The notes beneath the pieces are model-generated. The model worked only from the letters and a program-made list of their open reading frames with translations. It searched no databases and was not told the DNA's origin. A program made the position numbers and the translations under genes. Shown in pieces: positions 11,375-24,400 of a stretch of DNA of 64,000 nucleotides (the first letter of the stretch is position 1; each line of letters begins with the position of its first letter). The DNA comes from Phoronis australis. Its lineage: Eukaryota > Animalia > Phoronida. The DNA lies in contig NMRA01000426.1 in NCBI GenBank assembly GCA_002633005.1, positions 3,481 through 67,480 of the forward strand. The letters run 5' to 3'.

Positions 11375-12434
11375 CTAGACTGCCACACTCCCAGAAGTGT
11401 CTAAGGAGGGTTGCTTTAATGTGCCCTTTGTAAGAGGATAGTTAAAGCTACACAGCTCCCCCTGGCACTCAGGTGATGTATATCCCGAGTCCCGTGTTGT
11501 ACTTTCATCACTTGAACCACTACTGCTTGTCCTCTCACAACCCGAGTCAGATTCTGCCATTATCGTACTTCTGTCACTAATGCCATCACGCGTCACATAT
11601 CCTCCATCATCATGAATTTTACATGATTGATGGACCGTACCTAACTTCACTCTGTCATTCAACACTGAACACGATTGTTCACTTGGTGACAAGGAGTCTA
11701 TGTCATCACTGTTACTCATGTCTTCACTGATTATACGTTGTGTGTCATTAGTAATCATGGTAGCATTTGGCNAGGCATGTGAGCCACCCTCTCCACCCTT
11801 ACAGTCACAGGCATGTGAGTCACCCTCTCCACCCTTACAGTCACAGGCATGTGAGTCACCCTCTCTACCCTTACAGTCACAGGCATGTGAGCCACCCTCT
11901 CCACCCATACAGTCACAGGCATGTGAGCCACCCTCTCCACCAGTTTGTGCACTATCTTCATCTACATGCCTAACAATCTCATCACAAACTGCTAACATGT
12001 CTTTGCTAAAATTTCCCAAACTATCTCGTGTTGACAGGATAGATATAGCGTTGTGACCAAAGATATTCGGGCACTTCCTGAGAGTTTCTTTAATACTGGG
12101 CACGTGAATATTGACAACTTGAAAACCAAACTTGTTCGATGTGCCATGTACCGAGCTTTCAAGATGTGCCGCTCCCTGGAGATTGGGTGTAGGTAACAGT
12201 TGCATGTCCATTGACTTGGTGCTGGCTGAATGTGTGTTGTTCACTTCCATCTTGGTGCTGGCTGAATGTGTGTTGTTCACTTCCATCTTGGTGCTGGCTG
12301 AATGTGTGTTGTCAACTTCCATACACGAGTTAGACAAAAGAGCGAACTGACTGTAAGTTCCATTGGGTTCATCAGTGGATAGAGAATGGTAGCGCAAGGC
12401 CTGTTGTTTATCTAGATCAGAAACAGACACACGA
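11375..12434 (-). CDS. Receptor terminal exon: about 352-aa Ser/Asp-rich cytoplasmic tail
   Basis: Longest real ORF in the window; ctcaacag| acceptor at 12435-12436; TAG stop; Tyr motifs YHSL, YSQF, YVTR, YTSP, YPLT. Confidence 0.8.
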
Positions 12435-15400
12435 CTGTTGAGTAAATAAGTGCAATGATGACATCAAGACAGTCAAACTGTGTTACAATGTAATATCTCA
12501 TGATATTCTCAGTCAAACTGTGTTACAATGCAATATCTCATGATATTCTCAACTCTCCAGTTCACCTGCTACTGCAGAATGATTCCCTTCCCGTTATGCA
12601 CTCGTGCAAGGGAATGAGTATAATGATTGACTGCCAGTCGGTATACAGCTGTGTCCACATCAGTTCAACAGTGGCAAACCAATGTTTACATAGTCCAGCT
12701 CTCTTATTGTCCGTTTTCATCTGATAAGCTCATGTAATCCAGCAATTATGTTATAAACAAGGCACCTGACTTTAACCAATATTTAACAAGACTATTTGCA
12801 AATGACTTTCAACAAATGTGGTGAAGCAGATGTGTTTTGTATGAAATACTTTCCTCAACAACCTCAAATAGAGAAAAACAGTTGACTTCCAGAGAAATTA
12901 GACTTAACTTTCACCTGTTGATTCCTTTGAGACCTGTGACCAGCATAACCACAGCATTGTGTATCAACACAAAAGGCTTGCTTGACAAGTTTAATCGAGT
13001 GTGATTCTAGATTAGATCATGATTTCAGTGGAAATTTCATGACTTTTACGCTCCAGGAGAATGACACGAAATGCAATTGTTCAAACATCATTTTATATAG
13101 TTAAAGCAATCAAGATGGAGCAAACAAACCGTTAAACACTGATTTAACTCAGTATCATTTATGTGCACATTTACCCACATTTACCCATAATGCCTCTGTG
13201 TTAGCGTCTTATATCAGGAGCTTGATGCACCGCCTACAGAAATATTGATATTTGTATTTTAAGGTTTCTTTATTTTGAAACGAGAGCAATGCGGACCCTT
13301 GAAATGTGTCCATGACTGCACTGCAAGCAGTATGCTTCTAATTAAAGATGTTTATTAGTATCATGAAAATGGCGCAGATCACCAAATCTGTCAAAAATAG
13401 ACAGGTGTTGTTTAAAGTAAAAAATTAAAATTCACAATAGGAGGCAGAGTAGTAGTCAAATCAGTCCAAAACTCGTGGTCACCTGTTGTCAGCTTCATCA
13501 GGAATACATCAGTCACATTACATGATGATAATGCAAGATGATCGTGGTCAACATACATCCCTGTGACAGGTAATGTATGTGCATAAACACAAATTAACTT
13601 AAAAAGCCTGTGACTAGAGTTGGTAATGGGAATGGAATTTTGTAACACTGTCCATGCCATAAACATTCCCACTAAATAAGATTGCCCCAAACCCCGCCGA
13701 TCAGGGAAAACGGTGGGGTTTGGCCGATTGAACTAGACCATATGTATCCACCTTGGCTGTGTCGCGCTGAGCTCACGATCAAAGGGATCCCGCCTAGCTG
13801 CTCTATTCATGGAGTCACCAGCGAGGATAATTGGCTTCGCTCATGCGGTTACGATCAGCCGATTACAATCTAGCCAAGATGACCGTACTTTTTATGGAGA
13901 GCGTTTTACATAGTTTTGAGTGTAATATTTGAAAAGAGAGAAAAAATGTTGGTCCAACTTTGAATTTTTTAAATCGGCCCAGAATAAGAGATTTAGCAAC
14001 AGCAACACTCACGATTACTTTCATTCGGCACGCACGAATACAAAAATATAGGACCCAAGTTAGGATAATACAGAACTACTCTGTACGTTTAGATTTTGAA
14101 ACGCATGCATTGCAATATTCAAAATACGTTTATTAATAGATCTAACAAGCTGTAAAACAACGTTTTTTAATTTCATTGTGCTCATTCCATTGTAATCCGT
14201 CAAATCGGAAATTTCCGAGATGTGCGGCGTGCGCGTATGTATACAAAACACGGGATCGTTATGTTCCTGAAGTACGAACATTAAGAAACTTTAGCATGCC
14301 ATTATTATTGACGGACACCATATAACATTTGGCTGGCTAACTATAGGTACCACTGCATCAGTGTCTCCATTAGACCCAGAAATTTCACACAGCCCGGATA
14401 GTTCAGCTCGTCACCCATGTAGATCGAGCCTAGGATTATTAATGTTATACTCCACGGTTGAGCTAACAACCGTTGGCCTGTGCACACAAAATGTGTGAGT
14501 TAACCAGCACTCACCTTGCACGTTGCAGCCGTTTAAGTGAAGAACAATCTAATAAATACCATTTTCTTGCACTTGCATAAATGTTTATGGCATGGATTAA
14601 GAATGAAAAATAGACATGTAATTAAAAGCTGGCCTTCAAGCGAGCTAAACTAGACAGGTTCAAAACAACATTACGTACCTTTGACATCAACAGAAGGGGA
14701 TGTGCTCTCACACAATAATGGTGCCGAGGACGAAGCTTTAGCGGTCACCTGTTGACTGCAAACACCAGCACTCTGACACATAAATCAAATCATGTTAGTT
14801 GAAAACCACATGTATTTTTCCATCATTGTCAGCCAAAGCATAGCGTACTGCAAGACATCTCACATAGTATTCAATTTGCTCTTCTGTTCTTTTTGACAGA
14901 TTTAACGAACGACCAGATAAGGCTACCCCTAAAATAATCTGTTTCTCCTCGCACTTAATTTGCTTTAATTTACAACTGAAAAAAATAAATGAATAAAAAC
15001 AACAACGGATTTAAACTGGCTTGACATGTTTTGGCGTTTATTGAAACACCATCAGCAGAAGAAAAAATACAGTGGCCACCTTGTTAGGCTCAACAACAAG
15101 TGGTGCAAGCCCAGTCTCAATAGGCAACTGGCACACCACAGGTTGTCATTGTTTATTGTCACTCCCTGTAAATGACTGTGTCTGTGTTTCATTACTTGTT
15201 GGGCCTAGCAAGGTGGCCACAGTTTTTTCTTCTGATGATGGTGTTTCAATCAATGCCGAAACATGTCAAGCCGGTTTAAATCCGTTGTTGTTTTTATTAA
15301 CATATGCTGCTACCTGCTATCATGGAGATCTTTTGAAAACAATAAATATTTTGTCAGATTGCAAGAGAGTCAAACTGGCATCAAGTGTATTCAAGCGGAC

Positions 15401-18400
15401 TAGAGGTTTTGCTGCGCATGTTGAAATGTAACATCTCTGAAGGGCATAGGGTATACAAACTAGAGCACACCTCCAACTAAACTTTGTCCAAACAAAGTTC
15501 TAACGTTTTGGTTGCAGTTGATCGATTTTGGCTATTCAAAAACTAAACACGATCAGCATTTGACAAGGAATTCAGAATTGTTATTGGTTTATATACAAAC
15601 AGTTTATAACTTATGTAATATTTTTAACAGCACGACCTTGTTAGGCAAGATAGAGTAACCATCGAACAAAAAAGTGCAGGCTCTCCAACCATAAATTTCG
15701 CAATCATTTAAGAAACTAGCTATACTAATGGTAACAGTCTGCCAACTTATTCGTTTGCTGACACTGAACAAGTTGGAGTCAACGATTGAATGTCTTAATG
15801 AGAAACACCTTCTGATATACAAAACTGAGTGACCATTAATTGCTATCTCACTTACACTCTACTTACCATTGATAAACCAGGGTCATGTTCACACCTGTAG
15901 CATTCTTCAACAGTTTCACACACCTGTAGCATCATGTAATAGATAATAATAACAAAGTAAGAAAGCAGGCCAGAGAAGAAGATTGTCTATACCATCTGGT
16001 AAAACACACCCTGCAGTTTAACATGGTGGTAAACCACACCCGGTAGTGAGTATAACATGATGTTAAAACACATGCTGAAGTGAATATAATATGGTGAAAA
16101 AAACATCTGCTACAACGAGTATAACACACCAGGAAGAAAGCTTAGTACTCAGGATTTTTTATTTTTAAAACCAGTGTCTTACCCGTTCCCCAGCCTCGTC
16201 AGGATAGTGGAACTTCTTAGGAACCCTTCGGCTTTCCTTGATCCAAAATCTGTGGCAGAAACAGTCAGGTCAAATAAGATTTATTTACAATAAAGTGGCT
16301 TCCATGCCTCCTGTGAAAAATCAAGTTTTGGTATGCACTCACTAATTAGTACAATTATAACAAGAGTAACGGAGAGCGTTGATATGCATCACCAAGTTTA
16401 TCACATACAGCGCTTATATGAGCACTAAACAGGTTAATGCTAGAAAACTCAGGGATGCAAAGTAAATCCGATAAGAAGTCAATCCATATCCTTCAAACAA
16501 ACTGTCAAAAGACACAGCAGCAAAGCATTTATCACTTTCTGCCTGGTCCATCCACGAACACTATTAAAAGGAGTTTAATAAAGTTTGCAAAAAAAGGTTT
16601 CAATCAAACTCACAAAATCTTAATAAATTCATCAACAAATAAAACTCATGTAACAACGAAAGCAGTGACGAGTTTCACTCTAACACTCACCTTCTCGTTG
16701 CGTAGCCGAGCGAGACAATGCATGTTCCAGCAAGCAGGCAACTAATAGCTACAACTACAATTACGACGGTTGTCAGAACTCTTAAACAGACACGTTTGGT
16801 GACTGGTTTACTATGAACAACTTTTCCATTGAGGACGGAGTGTAAGCTGAGATTAACCTTCAATAGAGAACAAAATAAAACATAAACAAATTTAGTTAAA
16901 TCCTAACTGAACATCAGAGAACCTTCAATAGAGAACAAAACATAAACAAATTTAGTTAAATCCTAACTGAACATCAGAGAACCTTCAATAGAGAACAAAA
17001 TAAAACATAAATAAATTTAGTTAAATCCTAACTGAACATCAGAGAACTTTCAATAGAGAACAAAATAAAACATAAACAAATTTAGTTAAATCCTAACTGA
17101 ACACCAGAGAACCTTCAATAGAGAACAATAAAAAATAAAACATAAACAAATTTAGTTAAATCCTAACTGAACATCAGAGAACCTTCAATAGAGAACAAAA
17201 CATAAACAAATTTAGTTAAATCCTAACTGAACATCAGAGAACCTTCAAAACAAGCAGCAAACGACAGACTCAATATAAAGGAACTTTTACCTTTATTAAT
17301 ATTAACCCTTTTATTATTATTAATATGTTGATGCCAATTTAACATATTTTACTTCATTAAAAATATTTCCAAGCTTTTAATCAATTTCTATAACAAGAGC
17401 AACGCAGAGCATTGAAATACGCCCACGAATGCACCGTAAACGATGTGCTTCTAAAGTTGCTCATTTCTATCATAAAAATGGCCACTAGATGGCGCAACAC
17501 GTCTAATCCATCTGAAAACGGAACATGCCATCGCTTCTTTAATAGAAAGCTATTCACCAAATTTCATAAAATCTGTCAAGGAACTTCGGAGAAACAAAAG
17601 AAAGCGAATAAAAATGAAATTGCCACTACGGGGCACAGCGTCCGCCTCAAAGTCATCATCTCTTGTTAGCCTCATATAAATACACTTACTAAATTTAATG
17701 AAGATCCTGCAGCGGGTTTAGGAGAAACAGCTATGGCCGCAAAACAAAACAAAACCACCGCTAAGAGGTGCCACAGTAACCAAAGTTGTCAGCGTAACCG
17801 TCCTCTTCACACTGAGTACACGCCAATTTTCAAAATCATTCTTAGAATGGATTGGTTGATAGTGGGGTGGACGCCAAAACACAGACTTGAAAACAGTAAA
17901 AATAACAACTAGGTGGTCCAAAATACCTTAAATACATCTGAAAATGGGAGGATAGCATAACTGCAACAATACATGCCTGTATTCCAAATTTTATGAAACT
18001 CCATTGAGGACCTTTGAATATAGAGGTAAAAATAAAAAACTAAAATTGCCACTAGGGGGGACACTGGTGGTCAGATCCGTGCGAAAGTCGTCATTTGTTG
18101 TCAAAATCATATAAATACACTACTTGCTAAATTTAGTAAAGATACTGCAAACTCTTTAGGAGATAAAATTATGGGCGCAAAAAAATGCCACTAAGAGGTG
18201 CCAAAGTACTCAAAGTCGTCGTAAAATCATTATCGTCAGCCATTCTCTTCATAGTAAAAACATACATACGTTTTCACAATCATCCTTAGAGCGGTTTGGT
18301 GGATAGAGGGGTGGATGCTAAAAAACAGACTCAAAAACAGTAAAAATGGTCACCAGGTGGCACAAAATACCTTGAATTCATCAGGAAACGGGAGGATAGC

Positions 18401-21400
18401 GTCATCAGACTAATAAATGTCTATATTCCAAATGAAAATAAGATGAGTACCTTTAAAGATAGAGGTAAACGTAAAAAACTAAAATTGTCACCATGAGGCG
18501 CACCGGCAGTTTGATCCATGCGAAAGTCGTCATCGTCCGTTGTCAACATCATATAAAATTAATACACTTGCTAAATTTAGTAAAGATCCTGGAAACGGTT
18601 TAGGAGAAACAGCCATGGGTGCAAAAAACCCAAAAAAACTGCCACTAGGAGGCGCCACAGAAGTCAAGGTCGTCAGAAAACCATCATCAGCCATCCTCTT
18701 TATGCTAAGAACATACATGCCATATTTCACAATCATACTTAGAGCGGTTTGGTTGATAGAGGGGTGGACGCCAAAAACTGACTAAAAAACAGTAAAAATG
18801 GCCACTTTAAGGAAGCGCAAACTATGATGAATCTGCTCGAAAATGAAAGGGTTAGTTTCCTCTTACTAATAGATGCTTATATTCCAAATTTTTTGAAAAT
18901 ACGTTGAGGACTTCCGAAAATACAGAGGTATGCGTAAAAACTAAAATTGCCAGTAGGGGGCACACCGGTAGTCGGAGAGGTAAAAAATTGGTCGTCATCT
19001 GTGGTAAGCTTCATAGAAAGTTAACACAAATCTCATTAAGATCCTGAGAGTTTAGGAGATACAGCTGCGGACGGCGGACACCCGGACAGACAGAGATGAC
19101 GGCAATATGCGACCACATATAAATATGTGGGCGCATAAAAATTAAATGAACAGAAATAAGGCTTGAGTGAGTACACCAGTACTATAATTATACAAGGGTT
19201 ACAGCAAATTAAAAAGCACAAATTGTTAAAAATTCTACCATTCTAAAAACTTTGCAAATTTTTATATGACGTACCTAGTACAGGTGAAAATTCAAGCCAA
19301 AACCGAATTAAACTTGTGAACTGTAAGCTCACCTTTCAATGATCTCATTCCCTGTCAACATAATAGAGAGCCCTTGCTGGGCTGCCAACAGTCAACAAGC
19401 ACTTATGACATATTGAGATGCATAGGTGACCAAGTATCCCAAGCATGCAGCTGGACTGAATTGAATGGGCTCTTGTGTTTGCATAAGCAAACTCCCAACA
19501 TCTGATAAGAGGATCATCATCNGAGGACTTCCGAAAATACAGAGGTAAGCGTAAAAACTAAAATTGCCAGTAGGGGGCACACCGGTAGTCGGAGAGGTGA
19601 AAAATTGGTCGTCATCTGTGGTAAGCTTCATAGAAAGTTAACACAAATCTCATTAAAATCCTGAGAGGTTTAGGAGATACAGCTGCGGACGGCGGACACC
19701 CGGACAGACAGAGATGACGGCAATATGTGACCACATATAAATATGTGGGCGCATAAAAATTAAATGAACAGAAATAAGGCTTGAGTGAGTACACCAGTAC
19801 TATAATTATACAAGGGTTACAGCAAATTAAAAAGCACAAATTGTTAAAAATTCTACCATTCTAAAAACTTTGCAAATTTTTATATGACGTACCTAGTACA
19901 GGTGAAAATTCAAGCCAAAACCGAATTAAACTTGTGAACTGTAAGCTCACCTTTCAATGATCTCATTCCCTGTCAACATAATAGAGAGCCCTTGCTGGGC
20001 TGCCAACAGTCAACAAGCACTTATGACATATTGAGATGCATAGGTGACCAAGTATCCCAAGCATGCAGCTGGACTGAATTGAATGGGCTCTTGTGTTTGC
20101 ATAAGCAAACTCCCAACATCTGATAAGAGGATCATCATCCATCCAATGGTCAACTTTTACCAGGACTGGATTATTCATGCACTGAATGAAATGTGTTATC
20201 TGAAGGTGACCAGGGGAAAAGGGTTAGTGGCGCCCTCTGTCTTATCTTAAAGTCTGGCTATTTGCACAATATAAATTTGTCTTATTAAAGTCTGGCAACT
20301 TACAAAATATTCCTTATAATTATCGCAGTCAAACTTGATCGAAGTCTGATCTTGGTCTGTTTGGCAGACACTAGAAATATTCTTCTCTTCGTTAGAGACA
20401 GTGAATGTGGCAACAAAAACTGGACGTGACAACTGGCTGGAAGGTGGAGGGCATGTGATGGTCACCTGGCTAGAGTCCCATGAAAGGTCTATGTCTCGTA
20501 TCTCTGAAAATAATGACACATTTCACGAGTCAGGTGGTGAAGGGCTTTAGACAACTGTTAAGCAGAGTTTTTGCGACTTCAACTTGAACAATAATATCAA
20601 ATGAAATTTGGTCATTGATACTGCTCTAATCCTGTCAGTGTAACTTTGTTTTCTGCTAAATTTTACTCAAAAGAAAATTAAGTTAGGTGACCCAATTAAT
20701 GACAGATTGCTAAATTGAAACGTAAGCCATAAATTTCAGAAACACTGACAACATAATTGAGACTGATCGACACCTACAGTAACCTCCCTTTGAGAGGATA
20801 CCACTGACAGGTAGATGGCAGTCCAAAACACAGGGTCACCTGAAAACTGAACAGGTGAGGTATTGTCCTCAGTGCAAACATCAGATTAATATCATGTCAA
20901 ACTTCTTTAAGGAGTTCTGGAGCTACATATGTGGCAATATAATGTTGTGTGGCATGAGCCCGAGTCGTCTTAAAAGAGCAATCTTGTCCAATGCTCAGAA
21001 ATCTGGGAGGCAAATGCTGCCATGGCGCAGCTAAAGAAAATCTGCCTGGTACAAAGGCAGACACAAAAACAAAAAAGTCAGGTAGCACAAGTAAAATGTA
21101 CTCTGATTCATATCAAAGTTGATGTCAAGGCATAGGCAATTCTCCTAGTTGAGATCACAAGTGTTGACATATAGATGTGCAGCTCTTCTAGTTGAGATCA
21201 AATAGTCAGAAGTCAACCACTCCAAAATCATAATTTTGTAAAGTTTTACTATGCACAGTAAAGTTTTCATTTTAATCGCCTAACTTGTTGATCAAGTTAT
21301 GTTTGTTAAAGAGCTATGCTGAAGTGATTCCAAGTAACTATGACAACTATGGTATTCACAATCTATATATAGGAACTTAATCCTTTGATAAATAGAGTCT

Positions 21401-24400
21401 ACAGTGTGACCAAGTGAAATAAGCTCAAGGTACTGCAACAGCGACTGAATTCTTTGTACTTATTGGTTTTTGGTGTACTGAAGAATTCACAGTTGGTAAT
21501 CGAAGCCTTACCTCAGGCCGTCCTAAAACACATAGCACAGGGAATTCAAATTTTTCTACATCAGTGGAACTCTAACCATCTGAAACAAAATGGCCAGCCA
21601 CACACCAGGGCCCGGTCTCCAATCTCCGTACTCGAATCATGCTCAAACTCACACTTCATACTCAACTCGAGTACAGACTCAGCTTTGGTGTATTCAATGT
21701 CATACTCAAAAAATCTGTACTCGAAATTTTGAGCACGTACTCAGTTTTCGAGTGTACTCGAACTGAAGTGTATCTCATCTATATTTCGAGTACGATTTTG
21801 AGTAAAAATTTGGAGTCTATGCTCAAATTTCAAGTTTGCTATGGCAATGTGCTTCAAATTGTATTCGAAAATAAATACGAGCCGCCAGAGAACAAAATAT
21901 CGAAAGGGAACCAAGAAACACAGCAAATCTAAAAAAATAAGTCCTCTTACCGTATCTCAGCACTTCAATTTCAGTTCAGAGATAATAGTTTTCATCTTAA
22001 ATCTTCTTATTCTTCACCTTATTAACCCGCCGTATCCCTGTATGTTATGGCCGCCATTCTACCTCTACAATTCCTGGCAACAGGCGCATTGTAATCCCTT
22101 GTTGGCGAGTTATAACAAGCGTCGAAAGCAGTTGTGGGAAAAGTCGTGCGAGAAGTTTGTGCTGCCCTTATTTCGGTATGTGTGCCTACGTTTTGTAGGG
22201 TTTCCAAAAGACAAGGAGGGGAAGGAAGTTTAAAAAAGTTCGCTTCCCTGTCAGGTACATTTCTCATCATAACTTAGTCATCTATAATTCCTCAATCCCC
22301 AAATGGAATTCCAGATTTTGTTTGCCAATTTCTAAGTAGACGTCTCGTCCCGTTCACTGGTGAACTCTGAATGTCTGCACAAGTATTGTTTTTTATCTCA
22401 CGTGCCAAATGTCAACTCACTTGATACATCCCGGTAAAATACAAAGATACAGTATCAAAGTTTGACATCAGCGTAGGCCTACACAGCAATGGGTTTTATG
22501 TCAAGACTAAATTAGCAACAGAGATGTGATGTGATAAACTGTTACATATTTCTTAAGACATTTTCGGGACTGGGTGAGGAACTCAAGAAGTAAAGCTTAA
22601 TAATTGCCAAATGTATCAAAGAAATGGCATAAGAATATTTATTGAAATTAAAAAATGAATAACAGTTACAGAACACTCAGAATTCCACGTTATAGACATA
22701 CTCTTGTAGTTGTAGCGACAGCAGACGATAATGTAGGCCTAGTTCTTGGGGTGGTCTATTCCAATAGGGAGTGATGAATCAGCGCGGCTTTGCGTGATTT
22801 TGCATTTCACATCATAAAGAGTTCCATAGCAACTAGAGTATGAGTGTCAGATTTGAGTACGTTTGGAGTCTACTCGAAATCCGACATTAGATACGCTTTT
22901 TTGAGTACAACTCCAGTGAGCATGATTTTGAGTATGAAATCTCGAGTACGAGTACGAGTCTGAGTACGGAGATTGGAGACCGGGCCCAGATGAATGCTTA
23001 TCCCTGCTATGAAATCTGAGCCTCAGCCATTACACAGGCATACTTACCACGCTAGTGAGACACTTCACCAAAAATATTTGCTACAATATCCAAATGTCCA
23101 AGAATTCCCCACTACTTGACCACTATAAGAAATCTGCTCCATCTGAAAATCAATGTCACTCACTAAGAAATTGCACAATGATCAACTTCAATAACTCACT
23201 CAAGTCACGTGTTGTAAAGTTAATCTTGGTGTCTCTATAGGTGTCTAGAATGCCTCTTGTAGTATTAATCTCCACCCAGACAATATAGCTGGTACCTGGA
23301 ACCACATCAGACAGCTTGTATCTAATGATATCAGACACGTCCACACTCAGGCTCACTGGATCACTCCCTGAAAAAACAGATATGACCAGACTAAAGGCTT
23401 CCCACCTGACCACAATCATCTTTAAAGCTGCATCACATGGATAAACAGGCCAGACCAATGAGCTGTAATCATTACTGATGATCCGACCAATTACAGGTGC
23501 ACAGATTACTTATGACATGACCAATCAGAGGCTGACTTGTAATCATTGTTGATCAACTAACCTGTTGGAGGTTTAATTACAAACCCAACAATGGCCTCAC
23601 CATCAATCCAGTTTTGTACAATGATCAAGAACATATTCGCAAAGTGTAAACTCACACGTAACTGTCAAAGATCAGTGTAACTACACCCATTAAGCAGACT
23701 AGTTTGAAAAACAAGAGCAACGCGGAGCATTGAAATGCGCCCACGAATGCACCCTTAACGGCAGTTGTGCTTCTAGGGGTGTTTACTTGGAACATAAAAA
23801 TGGCCAGTAGATGGCGCAAAATACGTCAAATCCATCATCAAAGTCATTTACCAAATTTCCTAAAAATCTGTCAAGGAACTTCTCAGAAACAGCTAGAGGA
23901 AAATGAAAAAATAAAATTGTGACTAAGAGGTTATAGGCGCAAAAAAACATAACTGCCACTAAGAGGTGCCACAGCAGATAAAGTCGTAGGAAAATCATCG
24001 TCAGACATCGTCTTCACATTAGGAAAGACATGACAATTTTCACAACCATCCTTAGAGTGTTTTTTTTGACATAGGGGCAGATACCAAAAAACAGACTCGA
24101 AAACAGTAAAAATGGCCACAAGATGGTGCAAAATGCCTTGAATTTAACCGGAACTGGATGATAGCACCACCTCACTAATAGATGCCTAACTGCCAAATTT
24201 TATGAAAATCCATTGACGACCTTTTAAGATACAGAGGTAAACGTGAAAAACTATAAAATTGCCACTAGGAGAACACTGGTAACCCGATCCCTCCGAAAGT
24301 CGTCGTCTTCTGTTGTCAACTTCATGTAAATACACCAGCAAAATTCAATAAGCATCGTGTAAAGCATATAGGAGATATAGCCATGGGTGCAAAAACAAAC

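Noticed and set aside
11700-12350. Plus-strand ORFs overlapping the terminal exon
   Set aside because: Antisense shadows of frame-preserving 36-bp repeats.
18907-20138. Near-identical direct duplication of about 615 bp
   Set aside because: The junction is a single n at 19522, typical of overlapping contig ends or uncollapsed haplotypes.
19951-20181. Exon-like segment with a gtgagc donor
   Set aside because: It has an in-frame stop, shares sequence with a repeat at about 50230-50295, and exons 20304 and 16857 already join in phase.
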